DNA from: an uncultured bacterium
GTDB lineage: Bacteria > Patescibacteriota > Minisyncoccia > UBA6257 > 2-01-FULL-56-20
Assembly: GCA_963705915.1 (NCBI GenBank)
Contig: OY970126.1
Span: 168,306-232,305, forward strand
Direction: 5' to 3'
Length of the DNA: 64,000 nt
The notes under the pieces: model-generated
What the model was told of the DNA's origin: nothing
Databases searched by the model: none
What the model saw: the letters and a program-made list of their open reading frames with translations, nothing else
Shown: positions 63,660 to 64,000 of the stretch, one piece after another
Layout of the letters: every line of letters starts with the position of its first letter
Position numbering within the stretch: the first letter of the stretch is position 1
Position numbers and translations under genes: made by a program

Positions 63660-64000
63660 TGGCACCTGTAGTGACAGCAAAAATCCTCAGATACTCATCC
63701 CATGAAGTAATCCGCAAGACGTACGACACGTGGGATGGCCGCCAACACAAAGTAGTTTCCGAAGTCACCCTTGAGGTCCTCGTTCCAATTCTGAACACGC
63801 TGCGTTTCAGCTATAAGAAGCTTACTGCTTACTGCGTCCGGCATATCAAGTCGCGCTCAAAGCGGGCACAATTCGTCACCCTCGTCGGTTCGCTCTCGCC
63901 TGGCCGGGAAGTCGACGACTTTGTGGCAATATGCCAGCTCGAAACTGGGTCGGGAGAAATGATCCAAGTCGACATGGCGTCAGTCACAAGCATACGGCCT
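63660..64000 (+). CDS. hypothetical protein, 5' part (runs off the window)
   Basis: Open frame from ATG 63660 to the window end (MAPVVTAKILRYSSHEV...); not in the ORF track because no stop is reached. Confidence 0.25.

Noticed and set aside
1-64000. CRISPR arrays or cas genes
   Set aside because: No regularly spaced short direct repeats were seen in any intergenic region. The only tandem periodicity is protein-coding (the giant gene).

Overview
This window looks like a reduced, CPR/Patescibacteria-like bacterial genome segment of about 52% GC with mostly compact housekeeping content; the organism assignment is inferred from gene content and the divergent 16S. Seven groups of content stand out.

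- **Cell-wall and division genes:** mraZ-rsmH-ftsL-ftsI-murF sit at 2.4-7.0 kb behind a textbook MraZ operator; ftsW-murG lie 47 kb away and murC a further 6 kb on, so the division/cell-wall cluster is fragmented.
- **Translation and housekeeping:** pgk, aspS (lacking its GAD insertion domain), ndk, a NUDIX hydrolase, a release factor 1 lacking domain 1, rpmE, rplS, secDF, trmD, gltX and pyrC-pyrD.
- **RNA genes:** tRNA-Asp, tRNA-Glu and tRNA-Leu; an RNase P RNA in a 470-bp gap the ORF track cannot see; and a stand-alone 16S rRNA with its own promoter and processing stem, whose 3' end lacks the CCUCC anti-Shine-Dalgarno.
- **Accessory and unusual content:**
  - An IS1595-family transposase beside tRNA-Asp plus a low-GC patch.
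  - A 2462-aa secreted giant protein (Gly-rich head plus about 18 fibronectin-III-like repeats), translationally coupled to a CheY-like receiver, an extended MacB/FtsE-like ABC ATPase and an FtsX permease.
  - Two paralogous copies of a membrane module plus VirD4/FtsK-like P-loop ATPase, once fused and once split, the split copy next to comEC.
  - Four orphan receiver-domain genes (one frameshifted) with no kinase in the window.
  - A DHH phosphoesterase overlapping an RNase H gene with an N-terminal hybrid-binding domain.
  - A Mg2+ P-type ATPase with MgtC and a PHP phosphoesterase.
  - A small islet downstream of tRNA-Leu flanked by imperfect direct repeats that share an 11-nt core with the tRNA 3' end.
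- **Absent:** no CRISPR array was seen.
- **Translation signals:** most genes lack Shine-Dalgarno sequences.
- **Overlapping ORFs:** most antisense and overlapping ORFs in the track are frame artefacts of GC-rich genes.
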